Source: a virus
Direction: 5' to 3' (one strand)
Virus record (IMG/VR): IMGVR_UViG_3300013094_000040
Span: 3,338 to 67,337 of that record
Length of the DNA: 64,000 nt
Shown: positions 31,701 through 37,873 of the stretch, one piece after another
Layout: the number at the start of each line of letters is the position of its first letter
How positions within the stretch are numbered: the first letter of the stretch is position 1
The notes under the pieces: generated by a model
Told to the model about the DNA's origin: nothing
Seen by the model: only the letters and a program-made list of their open reading frames with translations
The model's database searches: none
Made by a program: the position numbers and the translations under genes

Positions 31701-32608
31701 TACCCGGCATTACATTTGATAATTTAAACATCAAAGTGACCACAAGATTACACAGTAATACTACACCAGTAAGTTATCGTATTGTACACAATATGAATAC
31801 AAATGCTGCTGCAATTGACTATAGTCTATGGCCACAGTATTATGCTATCTTTAATTCAAATACTACAACGCTAACAGCTAATTTAAATATTACTGATGCT
31901 AACATACACGTTACCAATGCCAACGTGTTTATGACACCTAATCCAAATACATACCCACCAACCCCTGGCGTGGTATATATCAACGGTGAAAAAATTACAT
32001 ATTGGACTATTGATCGCCACAACAATGTACTTGGACAAATACGTCGTGCTGTTGATGGAACAGGTGCTCCGCAGGTACACGCAATTGGTAGCTTAGTTGA
32101 AGAATCATCTGTTAACCAACTATTGCCAACTTCCACAGTGGCTAACGTCCATACTACATCATGGCTAAATGGTCCAACAGTTCCAAGTGCCGAAGTTATC
32201 ATTGATACTGTAGGTGATACATTTACGCAGGATTTACCGGGTACAGTTAATATTATAAGATTCTTACCAGGTGCACAAGAATTTATTACCTTGTCTACAA
32301 ATGTAGCGTTTGCAGCAGGAGATACAATTACACAACCTGCAACTGGTGCTACAGCCATAGTATCGGGCAGTATCGCACAGGTACAGGCCAATTTAGGAAC
32401 TATAGTTGGTAATACAATTTCTGTATTGGCTACTTCTGTAACTGGTACATTTGATACTACAGAAGAAATTCCGGCCAACAGTTATGTATGGAAAAATGGT
32501 GCTAACGTAGTTGCACAGGTAACTGGCATTTCCTTTAACATCACTGACGGATATGGATTAGAGCGCAGTACAACAATACAAGCTCAGTTTATACGTAACG
32601 GGGTATGA
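19775..32608 (+). CDS. Giant (4277 aa) baseplate wedge/structural protein (gp7-like position) with FG-GAP propeller repeats
   Basis: Follows gp6. FLPEVFRT N-terminus; YINEVKPYRT; repeats FGSSLSAS..LYIGHPG, YGYSVSASDDG..LYVGAPG, FGTSLALAG..LLVGAPG; NPGSGY..P repeats. Confidence 0.7.
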   Translation: MAAIKTINFLPEVFRTNTNQKFLNATLDQLVTPPDLRKVNAYIGRKFAPTFKSTDNYQPEPTTLRQNYQLEPSVVVKDKTTGDINFFSSYVDLINQLKHDGAYTENQNRLFKSETYSFDGLFDFDKFVNFNQYYWLPTGPDPVQVFGSGVEAQATYTVTRDPSTGSYHFTGSGDAPNPILRLARGGTYKFIVNQPGYPFWIQSSVGTSGLKTGQSNLSSRDVLGVDNNGAEVGTITFNVPQTTAQDYYVYMPLVATVDLATDISYTNIQNHLLSTVVQNYKGIDNVISQLSNKTLIFVNKDIDDALWTAEGLLDRYGYDVSGGFDGGGMVPAEQRRGVWRLQLIPIDGDYIVNLVPDTAVGVNQRVFVAGGQTHAEETYYLNADFGYYTLVPNITASLPTIFYQDGVGSKFVGEINLVDINDNTLNVDKDIIGAKNYTSPNGVSFTNGLKITFDSSASPIGYAGNTYYVEGVGTAIKLLNVTDFITPETYADNGITTPDYITVNRASQDLNPWSRSNRWFHIDVIKAVAAYNNAPPTLEQRYRASRAIIEFEADLQLYNFGRQAKTPIDIFDNTITDARNSVELNDYFVLDGVVLKDGMRVVFANDFDPTVRGQIFNVNLSSINEQTLVTLSPAEDSYVAPNSNLIVLQGNTHRGKQYWYDGSNWIEGQQKVSVNQTPMFDVVDGNGISLGDSTAYPGSTFATTKNNLGTAIGGTPIFSYKVGTGTPDQILGFPLSYRTFNQVGDIQFVNNFDSDKFSYTGVVDQNINTAGTLQQNNSLTAYNLRNAWLTATETSKQYQVINGIYDGTNPYFRVDVVPYSATTVPYIKVYKNFAELPPSKYQLGNAGVNYYVHVKDSTMVAGDQIDIAIYGNNVSALGYYQVPTNLDFNSENANFDTLTLGQLRNHLVSLVSNSTQVTGSGLGENNLRDVPIKAQGGNILQNASPVLYSELFLVDTDANFIKGLELARHNYGRIKNKILETATNLKSIVSADIPGTLDKILQGINSVKNNTFPWYYSDMVPYGPLKNVITYTVVNAEQSDYEITNIFSDTQLSNRAVLVYINDIQQTLGTDYQFDTTRAGITFLKTLNYGDVITINEYNNTDGNYIPETPTKLGLYPKFKPGILIDNTYREPVTVIQGHDGSITPSFGDFRDQLLLEFELRIYNNIKVDHVRNTEFLYNYLPGKFRRSDYSNREFTQLLTRSFLQWAGSNRVDFTTNSYFESSDPFTWNYSKFVDTVNGEALPGTWRAIFNYFYDTDRPHTHPWEMLGISEEPSWWQGRYGPAPYTGGNLVLWNDLALGYVWNNGSPYTDPRFVRPNLLNIIPVDENGILRSPTSYIVKSFNSNQANGSYNVGQQGPVETAWRRSSDYPYAVQEALALAAPAYYFGSLMDVTRYYKNSDLNQFVLADTLQRITPSAVRINGQQIDNSTSFYRVAGYINWISDYLRSIGIDPVTKITGYLNNVSVQLGYKMAGYSDASFLEVLAEQASPTSTTNSIVVPNENYKIQLYKSTPVQTITYSAVIVEKSENGYTVSGYDTSNPYFTIIPSLANNNAYTITALNDVGVIYNDYQKYKVTVPYGFEFNNKQQVVDFLVSYERFLRGSGVAFTDFDSDLNLQRDFKLSAQEFLTWSQQGWTVGSVLVLSPILSHLVVNVPSGVVDQVENTPLGSRILDTGYNFIKYNAFSVTRTDNNFTVTAINNQTIALAVLDVVEYEHVLIFDNITAFNDVIYVPTLGNRQYRLKLVGQKTGSWTGALNPPGFIYNSPKVDAWQPGKDYALGSLVTYKNSYYTATQSLTATTTFNPSEWQNISSNQLHTGLLPNFSYNSGKAQRFNSLTDPELQGDFSRFVGTEIGFRPRQYLTNFGIDIPTQAQFYQGYIRQKGTMNSVTAFTAAGFNGVNSTINLYEEWAMRVGEYGALHNNQFVELELVEGTFNGDPVTFTLLPNNVVNVDHTISVYPANLYLTSDTYSPSIFQNRDESSFYENDILTAGYVKKDDIDIQIFDMASYGELNQHLNQISVGKKIWAAKDNTTTSWNVYRVTETNLSVVSFAYSVDVMALVTTLTPHSFVYGDIIVVRGFDDRINGFYQVYNVVDAYSFTVVVPATMLDTVKSAGAVLGLGPVYKLVSLRLKNSTDLTALTPPNEWIDGDKLWSDYDQNTGGWVVYNKSTPWTTANTDVLNNISMELDANSYVTNSGFGTVTAINPTATFAAASMPTLNNGNVIVFVSNVANNNTFTMVGNLGQRSGGTLFGSSLSASNNLLYIGHPGDGATQAGRVHIHKFNGVSSFPWSQTLTSPTTANGDNYGYSVSASDDGTWLYVGAPGVGNVYVYHSNTTGYYSLANTIVGNNYVSTGNAIASQFGYTVNTTSDGAQTIVGAPYERVNGVAAAGAVYVYNRSQESFVANGGNVYYPQFPISTSTVKVTVNGTVQNSGFTAYTGNVSFTQPPVVGTIITVDTNEIQLLEKLTSPAPTSGGAFGIVSHIAGNDADIYVASPGYSEPGYHSGIVYRFVNSGANYGTITSTVADATVVSGNNFYINGCLVQVSGTTLANVATAINSANIAGVSAVAQDYGYLTINSTVTTPFEKLIIAPGTGTILTDMGLSTFANVQALKHPGKADVNAFGSQITSNKDSTSLVISASRGASFNMMSFDKITNETYFDTGSTAFHDGIEGSGVVFIYGLVEGSLSVSTPDQYVLVQQLQNTSLSSNDQFGTSLALAGNVLLVGAPGDSNHVGIDPLSERQINIPSAGTYYTYNNFTGNIGWDIINSQQPKVDLDSITRMYIYNKSTQTLLTNFDYIDPAKGKVLGAAQEDLDYITAYDPAIYNAAVGVGENEPNLSVNNDYHWGAEQVTKTWWDIGKVRYYDYEQGNLTYRSNNWGSTFPGSKIQVAEWVMSAVPPSQYKGSGTPLYPDNSAYVIESYVDPVSKLLRSRYYYWVINKATREIDSNHINSINTIQDIIANPAAQAIPYAAVLRDDTISLYNVSDYLIGSGNTIVFHADHDSLKNTNIIHNEYQLIQEGRSGSFIPDRIIKKMIDSLSGTDILGNPVPDVSLTPQTKLGIGTSPNQTIFVDRLTALENFVQYVNNVLIQYPIVEEYNINGLYSSDPQPGIENYDYSVNNYAELTYIDTAGLLVGYTVLVKQDENNKGLWATYSWAGTTWTLVSVQSYYTPFYWSFVNWYDTTYDSTGKVTYQVATYPDLVTLSPGINDTAKVLNRGNGQFSIYRWNGSAWNLVGLENGTIQLNSNLYTTTVASNEIRIIFNAIQNNIFVDNLKSHFNDLFFFMINYVLTEQKSVDWVFKTSFVTIFHQLRELIQYPSFIQDNQTYYENYINEVKPYRTSIREYLINYNGTDEYYGDTTDFDIPATYISNVNAYRSPNGTVSSDAYALANLPQYSSWYNNHGYGIASVKVSNPGSGYYLPPVVNVIGGGGTGAVVTADVDITSNTISRFNVINPGSGYTSTPTISIVGTGTGAVGYPTLIGQHYVARIPTLDITLDSNTHARAGDIITQPATSAAGVVYSATAGGNVLTLKDVNLIDVTGTFKAGEYLYLNATPLNVRPGVPTTTLTVNGNVNLKAGDILLQSGSGAQGEVYADTTTNTVKLWNVSGTFLSGRWLSKAGSNIAVYPTFYTVESGASPFNLYTTLVDESYNKIRTFDTTIKFDRVSYSSNVTAWSKNDSYSFLSDFDQPGDNWDELPFDGIISSDWVRYNGKGYEAVGVVYSSATLKLSGNISANIGDYVTQLNTEANAQIISISSNNSLITVSNVTSNFVRRNGNIAINGVVTNVNPVAVNNIFDYTQFRAIGGEEFSTAADRISASYIPSANMPGLDMKQLMSGMTYPGVRVDGLKYNATSSVITSNVVAFFTTNATMISSNIAKLNFTTFGLETRLPLTVTNTDTDTTANVKILSIAPDKMVLNGVMSNIALGSNVSIVYFDSNNPIYLDTIIQSSYLDTALGTRAEDINIDGGAYYDIYSSHAPEELVPGITFDNLNIKVTTRLHSNTTPVSYRIVHNMNTNAAAIDYSLWPQYYAIFNSNTTTLTANLNITDANIHVTNANVFMTPNPNTYPPTPGVVYINGEKITYWTIDRHNNVLGQIRRAVDGTGAPQVHAIGSLVEESSVNQLLPTSTVANVHTTSWLNGPTVPSAEVIIDTVGDTFTQDLPGTVNIIRFLPGAQEFITLSTNVAFAAGDTITQPATGATAIVSGSIAQVQANLGTIVGNTISVLATSVTGTFDTTEEIPANSYVWKNGANVVAQVTGISFNITDGYGLERSTTIQAQFIRNGV

Positions 32609-32645
32609 TAATACAAAATAAATATAAGATATCGGACGAACTAAT

Positions 32646-33713
32646 ATGTCAACAACAATAACCATACAAGGCTTGCCACTGGTAACATCTGTACAAGATG
32701 CTACATATTTCCCTACAGAAACTGGGGGAATTACCAGTGCTGCTCAGCTAATAACACTAAAAAATTACATGACTACGCTACCAAATTTAACGGTAGCTGG
32801 CTCAATTGGCGGAACTTTAGTAACAGGCCCACAACCAAACATCACATCGTTGGGAACTTTAGTTGGCATGAACACATCGGGGCAGATAGTCAGTACATTC
32901 CCAGATTCTGGCCCAAATGGTGCACCACCTTTAATTGTAAACAGCACTGGTTTTGTAGCAAACTTATATGTGGCCCGTGCTGCATTTGCTGATGCTGCCG
33001 CCGGTGGTTTAACTTTAAACAGCACATTTTCTGCATCTGGTACAAGCGATGCTAATATCACTGGTAACTCAACTCATATTACTGCCACGTTAAAAACTGT
33101 TAATACCAACGTTGGAGTATGGGGCGGTAACGTGGGACTGACTTATTTAATTCCGCAGATCACAGTTAATAATAAAGGGCTGGTCACATCTGCTGCCAAT
33201 ATTGCAGTTGATTTAGATTTACCACATCGTGCTGTTACTGACTTACGCGGTACTGCTGGCCAGACTGCTGTTAGTGCAAACGTTGGTGTATCCTATGTAA
33301 GTATAACAGACCCAGTGAGTGTGGGCAATTTATATGCATCGGGTAATGTAGCTGGTGCAACAGTATACGACAATGGTAATCGAGTAATTACCAGCGTTAC
33401 AGCTATTTCTGGCAATGGTATCTCTGTAACTGGAGCAACAACTGCCACACAAACTAATTTAAAAATTGACAACACCGGAGTTCTTGGATTAGCAGGCGGA
33501 ACTGGTATAAATGTTTCAGCTACCACCGGTAATGTTAGCGTAACCAACACCGGTGTTATTACAGCAACAGGTACAAACGGTATTACAACTTCAGCTACAT
33601 CTGGTGCAGTATCCGTATATCCCACAGCAGGATACAATGGATTTGGACGACGCACAGTATCTACAGCAGCACCATCGGGCGGATCCGACGGAGATATATG
33701 GTATCAAATATAA
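32646..33713 (+). CDS. Tail fibre protein
   Basis: Thr/Gly/Asn-rich, ITVNNKGLVTSA and GxGIxV repeats; ends APSGGSDGDIWYQI. Confidence 0.7.
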   Translation: MSTTITIQGLPLVTSVQDATYFPTETGGITSAAQLITLKNYMTTLPNLTVAGSIGGTLVTGPQPNITSLGTLVGMNTSGQIVSTFPDSGPNGAPPLIVNSTGFVANLYVARAAFADAAAGGLTLNSTFSASGTSDANITGNSTHITATLKTVNTNVGVWGGNVGLTYLIPQITVNNKGLVTSAANIAVDLDLPHRAVTDLRGTAGQTAVSANVGVSYVSITDPVSVGNLYASGNVAGATVYDNGNRVITSVTAISGNGISVTGATTATQTNLKIDNTGVLGLAGGTGINVSATTGNVSVTNTGVITATGTNGITTSATSGAVSVYPTAGYNGFGRRTVSTAAPSGGSDGDIWYQI

Positions 33714-33716
33714 TCT

Positions 33717-35945
33717 ATGCCAAATTTATATGTTAATGACGCCAGCATCGGTTCTCCGACTACGGTCACGGCTTATACATTATTAGTAGGCGGTGGTGGA
33801 GGGGGCGGCTTTGCCCAGTCCGGAGTAGGTGGTGGCGGAGGTGGCGCAGGTGGTTTTCTTGACAATCAACCAATTACCCTTGATTTAAAAAAATCTTATC
33901 CCGTTGTAGTCGGTGCAGGCGGCATTGACACACAAAACGGACAAAATTCTACATTTGGCGGATACACAGCCTACGGTGGCGGTCATGGCGGCTGGCCCGG
34001 TAGGGGCAATCCTGGTTCAGGACAAGATGGTGGCTCAGGTGGCGGATCAGTAGGAGATTCAACCGGCAATGGAGCCAATGGTGGCGGTGCAGGCGTTCCC
34101 GGGCAAGGACACAGTGGAGGTGCAGGTGACGGCCGCAGATTGTATTATGATCATTGCAGTGGCGGAGGTGGAGGCGGAGCCGGTGGTCCTGGTGGATCAG
34201 GAGGCGGTGCTGCTGGCGGGTCTGGAGCCAGAAGTCAATTAACAGGATTTATCTATGCTGCCGGCGGAGTTGGTGGTATAGCAGAAGCGTGGACTCCGGG
34301 TATAAATGCTGCACCTAACACAGGTAACGGTGGCGGTGGTGCAAGTCAAGCACAGCCTGGATCGGGCGGTACATATGAACCGGGTGGACACGGCGGTTCT
34401 GGTATAGTAGTTGTACAATATCAATCTCCTTCGGGACAACCATTGTTTTCGGGCGGTACAATTACTACTACCGGCCCATTTATTACTCATACATTTACAC
34501 AATCTGGCACATTAACTGGGTTTGGCGTTGCAGGTGATTGGCACTTAGTTGAACAAATCTACGTCAACGCACCAAATGTTCCAGTACCATATGTGCCCAG
34601 CACAGTAACATTAAGTGTACACCTTGTTGGCGGAGGTGGTGGGGGTGGCGGTAATGACAGTCATCCAGGTTCTGCGGGTTATCCAGGACACCAAATTGAT
34701 GGTACAATAGATATAAACCTAACTGATAGCGTAAACGTCTATATGGGCGGCGGCGGAGCTGCCGGTGCGTCGGGTGTAGCGGGGTGGGGTGGTGGAGCAG
34801 GTGGATCATCATCGATTGGATATAATGGTGGCTCGGGTGGAGCTGCCGGTGGAGCGGGAAGTTCCGGCGCAGGTGGTGGCGGTGGTGGAGCCACAGTACT
34901 TGAAATAAATGGAACACCTGTAGCAGTAGCTGCCGGGGGTGGCGGTGGTGGTGGAGGCGGAAACGTTGGTGCTGCCTGGGGTAAAGGACAACAATATGGC
35001 TATCAATCCAGTGGATCTACTGCTGGTGGTCATGGACAAGATAAAGGTGGTGACGGTGGTGGAGCAGGTGGAGGCGGCGGTGGTTATGATGGTGGTGCAG
35101 GCGGCGCTGTCTATGGCGGCGACGAAGGAGCCTGGGCAGGATCAGATGGCAACAATTTAGTTCCAAGCGGCTGGAGCTCTGCACCTTATACTAATGCTGG
35201 TGGTATAGCACAGTCCGGTACAGGTGGCGCAATTACTATATCGTATAATTCTCCAACAGGCACTCCATATTTTACTGGCGGATTAATAACAGTATCAGGC
35301 ACAAAAATTATACATAGATTTAACCAAGATGGCGCTTTATCAACATCATTGATACCAAGTTACAGCAATGGTGATTGGCGACGTGTACGTAAGGTGTTTA
35401 TACATGATAACGGGGTATGGAAACAATCATGGCCTTCAACTGGAACCGAAACATTTATAACTGGGTCCGGCACATTTACAGTACCACCTGGCATATATGC
35501 AATAACTGTTGACGCTGTAGGCGGCGGCGGGGGTGGTGGTGGAGCCGGCGGCGACGAAGAACCAATTCCTACCGGTGGTGGCGGCGGTGGTGGAGGCCTA
35601 TTTAAAGGAGTAATCCCTGTGACCCCGGGTACGGTACTAAATTGGAGTATTGGTCAAGGCGGAGCTGGCGGCGCTGTTGGCAGTAATGGTGGCGATGGCA
35701 GCTCTACTATTTTTGGAGCAGCAGTGGCCACTGGTGGTCAGGGCGGCGGATGTGATGGCACCGGTGGCTCAAGTGTTACTGGAACTCCGGGCGGGAATGG
35801 TCCCTATGCTGGCGGCGAAGCTAATTACTCTGGTGGAACAGGTGGAGCACCAAATGGCGGTAATGGCGGTGGTTATTATGAGGACGGCGAATACGGACTT
35901 CCGGGTGGAGATGGCGGCGCAGGGTCATTAACAATATCCTGGTAA
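33717..35945 (+). CDS. Glycine-rich tail adhesin-like protein (three Gly-rich modules)
   Basis: Three units starting VGGGGGGG and ending GxGxVxxxY/W; WxxV..V....GxWK..WP anchor-like motif. Confidence 0.7.
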   Translation: MPNLYVNDASIGSPTTVTAYTLLVGGGGGGGFAQSGVGGGGGGAGGFLDNQPITLDLKKSYPVVVGAGGIDTQNGQNSTFGGYTAYGGGHGGWPGRGNPGSGQDGGSGGGSVGDSTGNGANGGGAGVPGQGHSGGAGDGRRLYYDHCSGGGGGGAGGPGGSGGGAAGGSGARSQLTGFIYAAGGVGGIAEAWTPGINAAPNTGNGGGGASQAQPGSGGTYEPGGHGGSGIVVVQYQSPSGQPLFSGGTITTTGPFITHTFTQSGTLTGFGVAGDWHLVEQIYVNAPNVPVPYVPSTVTLSVHLVGGGGGGGGNDSHPGSAGYPGHQIDGTIDINLTDSVNVYMGGGGAAGASGVAGWGGGAGGSSSIGYNGGSGGAAGGAGSSGAGGGGGGATVLEINGTPVAVAAGGGGGGGGGNVGAAWGKGQQYGYQSSGSTAGGHGQDKGGDGGGAGGGGGGYDGGAGGAVYGGDEGAWAGSDGNNLVPSGWSSAPYTNAGGIAQSGTGGAITISYNSPTGTPYFTGGLITVSGTKIIHRFNQDGALSTSLIPSYSNGDWRRVRKVFIHDNGVWKQSWPSTGTETFITGSGTFTVPPGIYAITVDAVGGGGGGGGAGGDEEPIPTGGGGGGGGLFKGVIPVTPGTVLNWSIGQGGAGGAVGSNGGDGSSTIFGAAVATGGQGGGCDGTGGSSVTGTPGGNGPYAGGEANYSGGTGGAPNGGNGGGYYEDGEYGLPGGDGGAGSLTISW

Positions 35946-35987
35946 TAAATTGCAATAAATATATAGATAATTAGGTAGAAAATAAAC

Positions 35988-36692
35988 ATGATAGATACAA
36001 CTCAAAATCCTATACAAGGTGAAAAACCCGAGCGTAAACCCGACGAAACCGGCGGTTTTTACGTACAGGGACATATCAAGATTCACGATCCAGAGTCTAA
36101 AGAAGTTTTTGTAGATAAACGTAATGCTATCCACTATGAAAACATTAGTCAGGCTATTGCTTATTGTTTGAGCAATAAAAACGGAACAAGCGGAAATTAT
36201 ATATATGAAATGCGTTTTGGTAACGGCGGAAGCAGTATCGATCCAACCGGCGTAATTACATATTTGCCTCCTAATACTGGTACACAAAATTCTAATTTAT
36301 ACAATCCTACCTATAGTAAAATTGTTGACGACACCAGCGCATCTAATTTAGACCCTACACGTAATTATATTCAAATTCGTCATATTCCGGGCACAGTCTA
36401 TACAGATATTTTAGTTACTTGTTTATTAGACTACGGCGAACCTGCTGGCCAAACTGCATTTGATAACAGTCAAACTTTAGCAGATACATATACGTTCGAC
36501 GAATTGGGACTAATTGGTCGTAGCACAGACGGTAGTGTTGATCAAACATCTGCTGGTTCATTTGTTTCTGACACAGGTCCTATGCTAACACACGTTATTT
36601 TCCACCCAGTACAAAAGAGTTTAAATCGACTAATTCAAATTGACTATACTGTACGCATACAAACCCTAACTAATTTGAGCAGTATTGCCTAA
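35988..36692 (+). CDS. Conserved virion structural protein (baseplate/fibre attachment)
   Basis: Beta-rich; GHIKIHD, MRFGNGG, FDELGL, THVIFHPVQKSLNR; own late promoter; inside the tail module. Confidence 0.55.
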   Translation: MIDTTQNPIQGEKPERKPDETGGFYVQGHIKIHDPESKEVFVDKRNAIHYENISQAIAYCLSNKNGTSGNYIYEMRFGNGGSSIDPTGVITYLPPNTGTQNSNLYNPTYSKIVDDTSASNLDPTRNYIQIRHIPGTVYTDILVTCLLDYGEPAGQTAFDNSQTLADTYTFDELGLIGRSTDGSVDQTSAGSFVSDTGPMLTHVIFHPVQKSLNRLIQIDYTVRIQTLTNLSSIA

Positions 36693-36704
36693 GGATAATC
36701 GGAC

Positions 36705-37868
36705 ATGTCTTATTTAATTACTCAACCCGATGGAACATTAGTACTACAGGTATTAGATGGCACCGCCGACGGTCCCAAAGTTAATCCTGGACTAAATGCT
36801 TCTGACATTAATTTAATCGGACATAACTATCCTAACTATGGCCAGTTACAAAACGAAAACTTTATCAGCTTACTACAAAATTTTGCCAATGACACTCCGC
36901 CCTCACAGCCGTTGCCTGGCGAATTGTGGTATGATACCAGCACTGGATTTTTAAAAGTATACAATGGTACTAACTTTATTGCTGTAAGTCCTTTAATAAT
37001 TTCTGCTACAACGCCAGATACACGATTTGTTGGGGTAGAGTGGTGGGACACAACTAATGAACAACTTAAAGTATTCAACGGAACAAATTGGAAAGTAATT
37101 GGTCCAGCATATAGCATAGTAGATGGCATCAGCGGTGCTATTGTTGAGCACGTGATTGATACTAATAATGCTTCGCACACCGTTGTAAAAGTCTATACAA
37201 ACGGTAATTTAATTTCTATAGCCAGTGCAGATGCAACATTTACTCCATTGGTTAGTATTCCTGGATTCCCGGTAATCAATCCTGGCGTTACTTTAAACGC
37301 CAACGGCAATACTCTGATGTATGGAACATCAGTTAATGCACAGCAATTGGGCGGTATTACAGCTGCTAATTATGCTCGCACTGACATTTCGTCAACCTTT
37401 GGAGCTAATATTGCAATAGGCGGCGGGAAACTTGCTATTAACGCATCTCCCGATGGACATATTGGTTTAGTTAACTCTACCATTAGGGGCAACGTTGCAA
37501 TATATAACAATGTCAACGGATTAAGCACACGTACACTACATATCAGTGGTGTAGATGGTAGTGTTGTAGTAGCAAATGATCCAACAGTTCCAATGGGCGT
37601 AGCAACTAAAAACTATGTAGACTCTTCTATTGTTACAGCAACAACTCCATTGGCTACAAGTGTAAGTCCTGGGTTTTCAGGTAATGCAACCTACAACGTT
37701 TCTCTATTACCATCAGACAATACCAATTTATTAGCCACTACAGCCTGGACCCAAAGTGCTATTTCTGCCAGCCTTACTGGACCATGGTTTGGTAGTGCTA
37801 AATTTGTAAGTACAGACACACCAGGCCCAGCAGACGGAAACATTGGGGACTTCTGGTTCCAGATTTAA
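36705..37868 (+). CDS. Tail fibre protein
   Basis: N-terminal LIGHNYPNYG..NENF..LLQNFA...P..GELWYD domain shared with 39925; ATKNYVD; ends DGNIGDFWFQI. Confidence 0.75.
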   Translation: MSYLITQPDGTLVLQVLDGTADGPKVNPGLNASDINLIGHNYPNYGQLQNENFISLLQNFANDTPPSQPLPGELWYDTSTGFLKVYNGTNFIAVSPLIISATTPDTRFVGVEWWDTTNEQLKVFNGTNWKVIGPAYSIVDGISGAIVEHVIDTNNASHTVVKVYTNGNLISIASADATFTPLVSIPGFPVINPGVTLNANGNTLMYGTSVNAQQLGGITAANYARTDISSTFGANIAIGGGKLAINASPDGHIGLVNSTIRGNVAIYNNVNGLSTRTLHISGVDGSVVVANDPTVPMGVATKNYVDSSIVTATTPLATSVSPGFSGNATYNVSLLPSDNTNLLATTAWTQSAISASLTGPWFGSAKFVSTDTPGPADGNIGDFWFQI

Positions 37869-37873
37869 ACACC

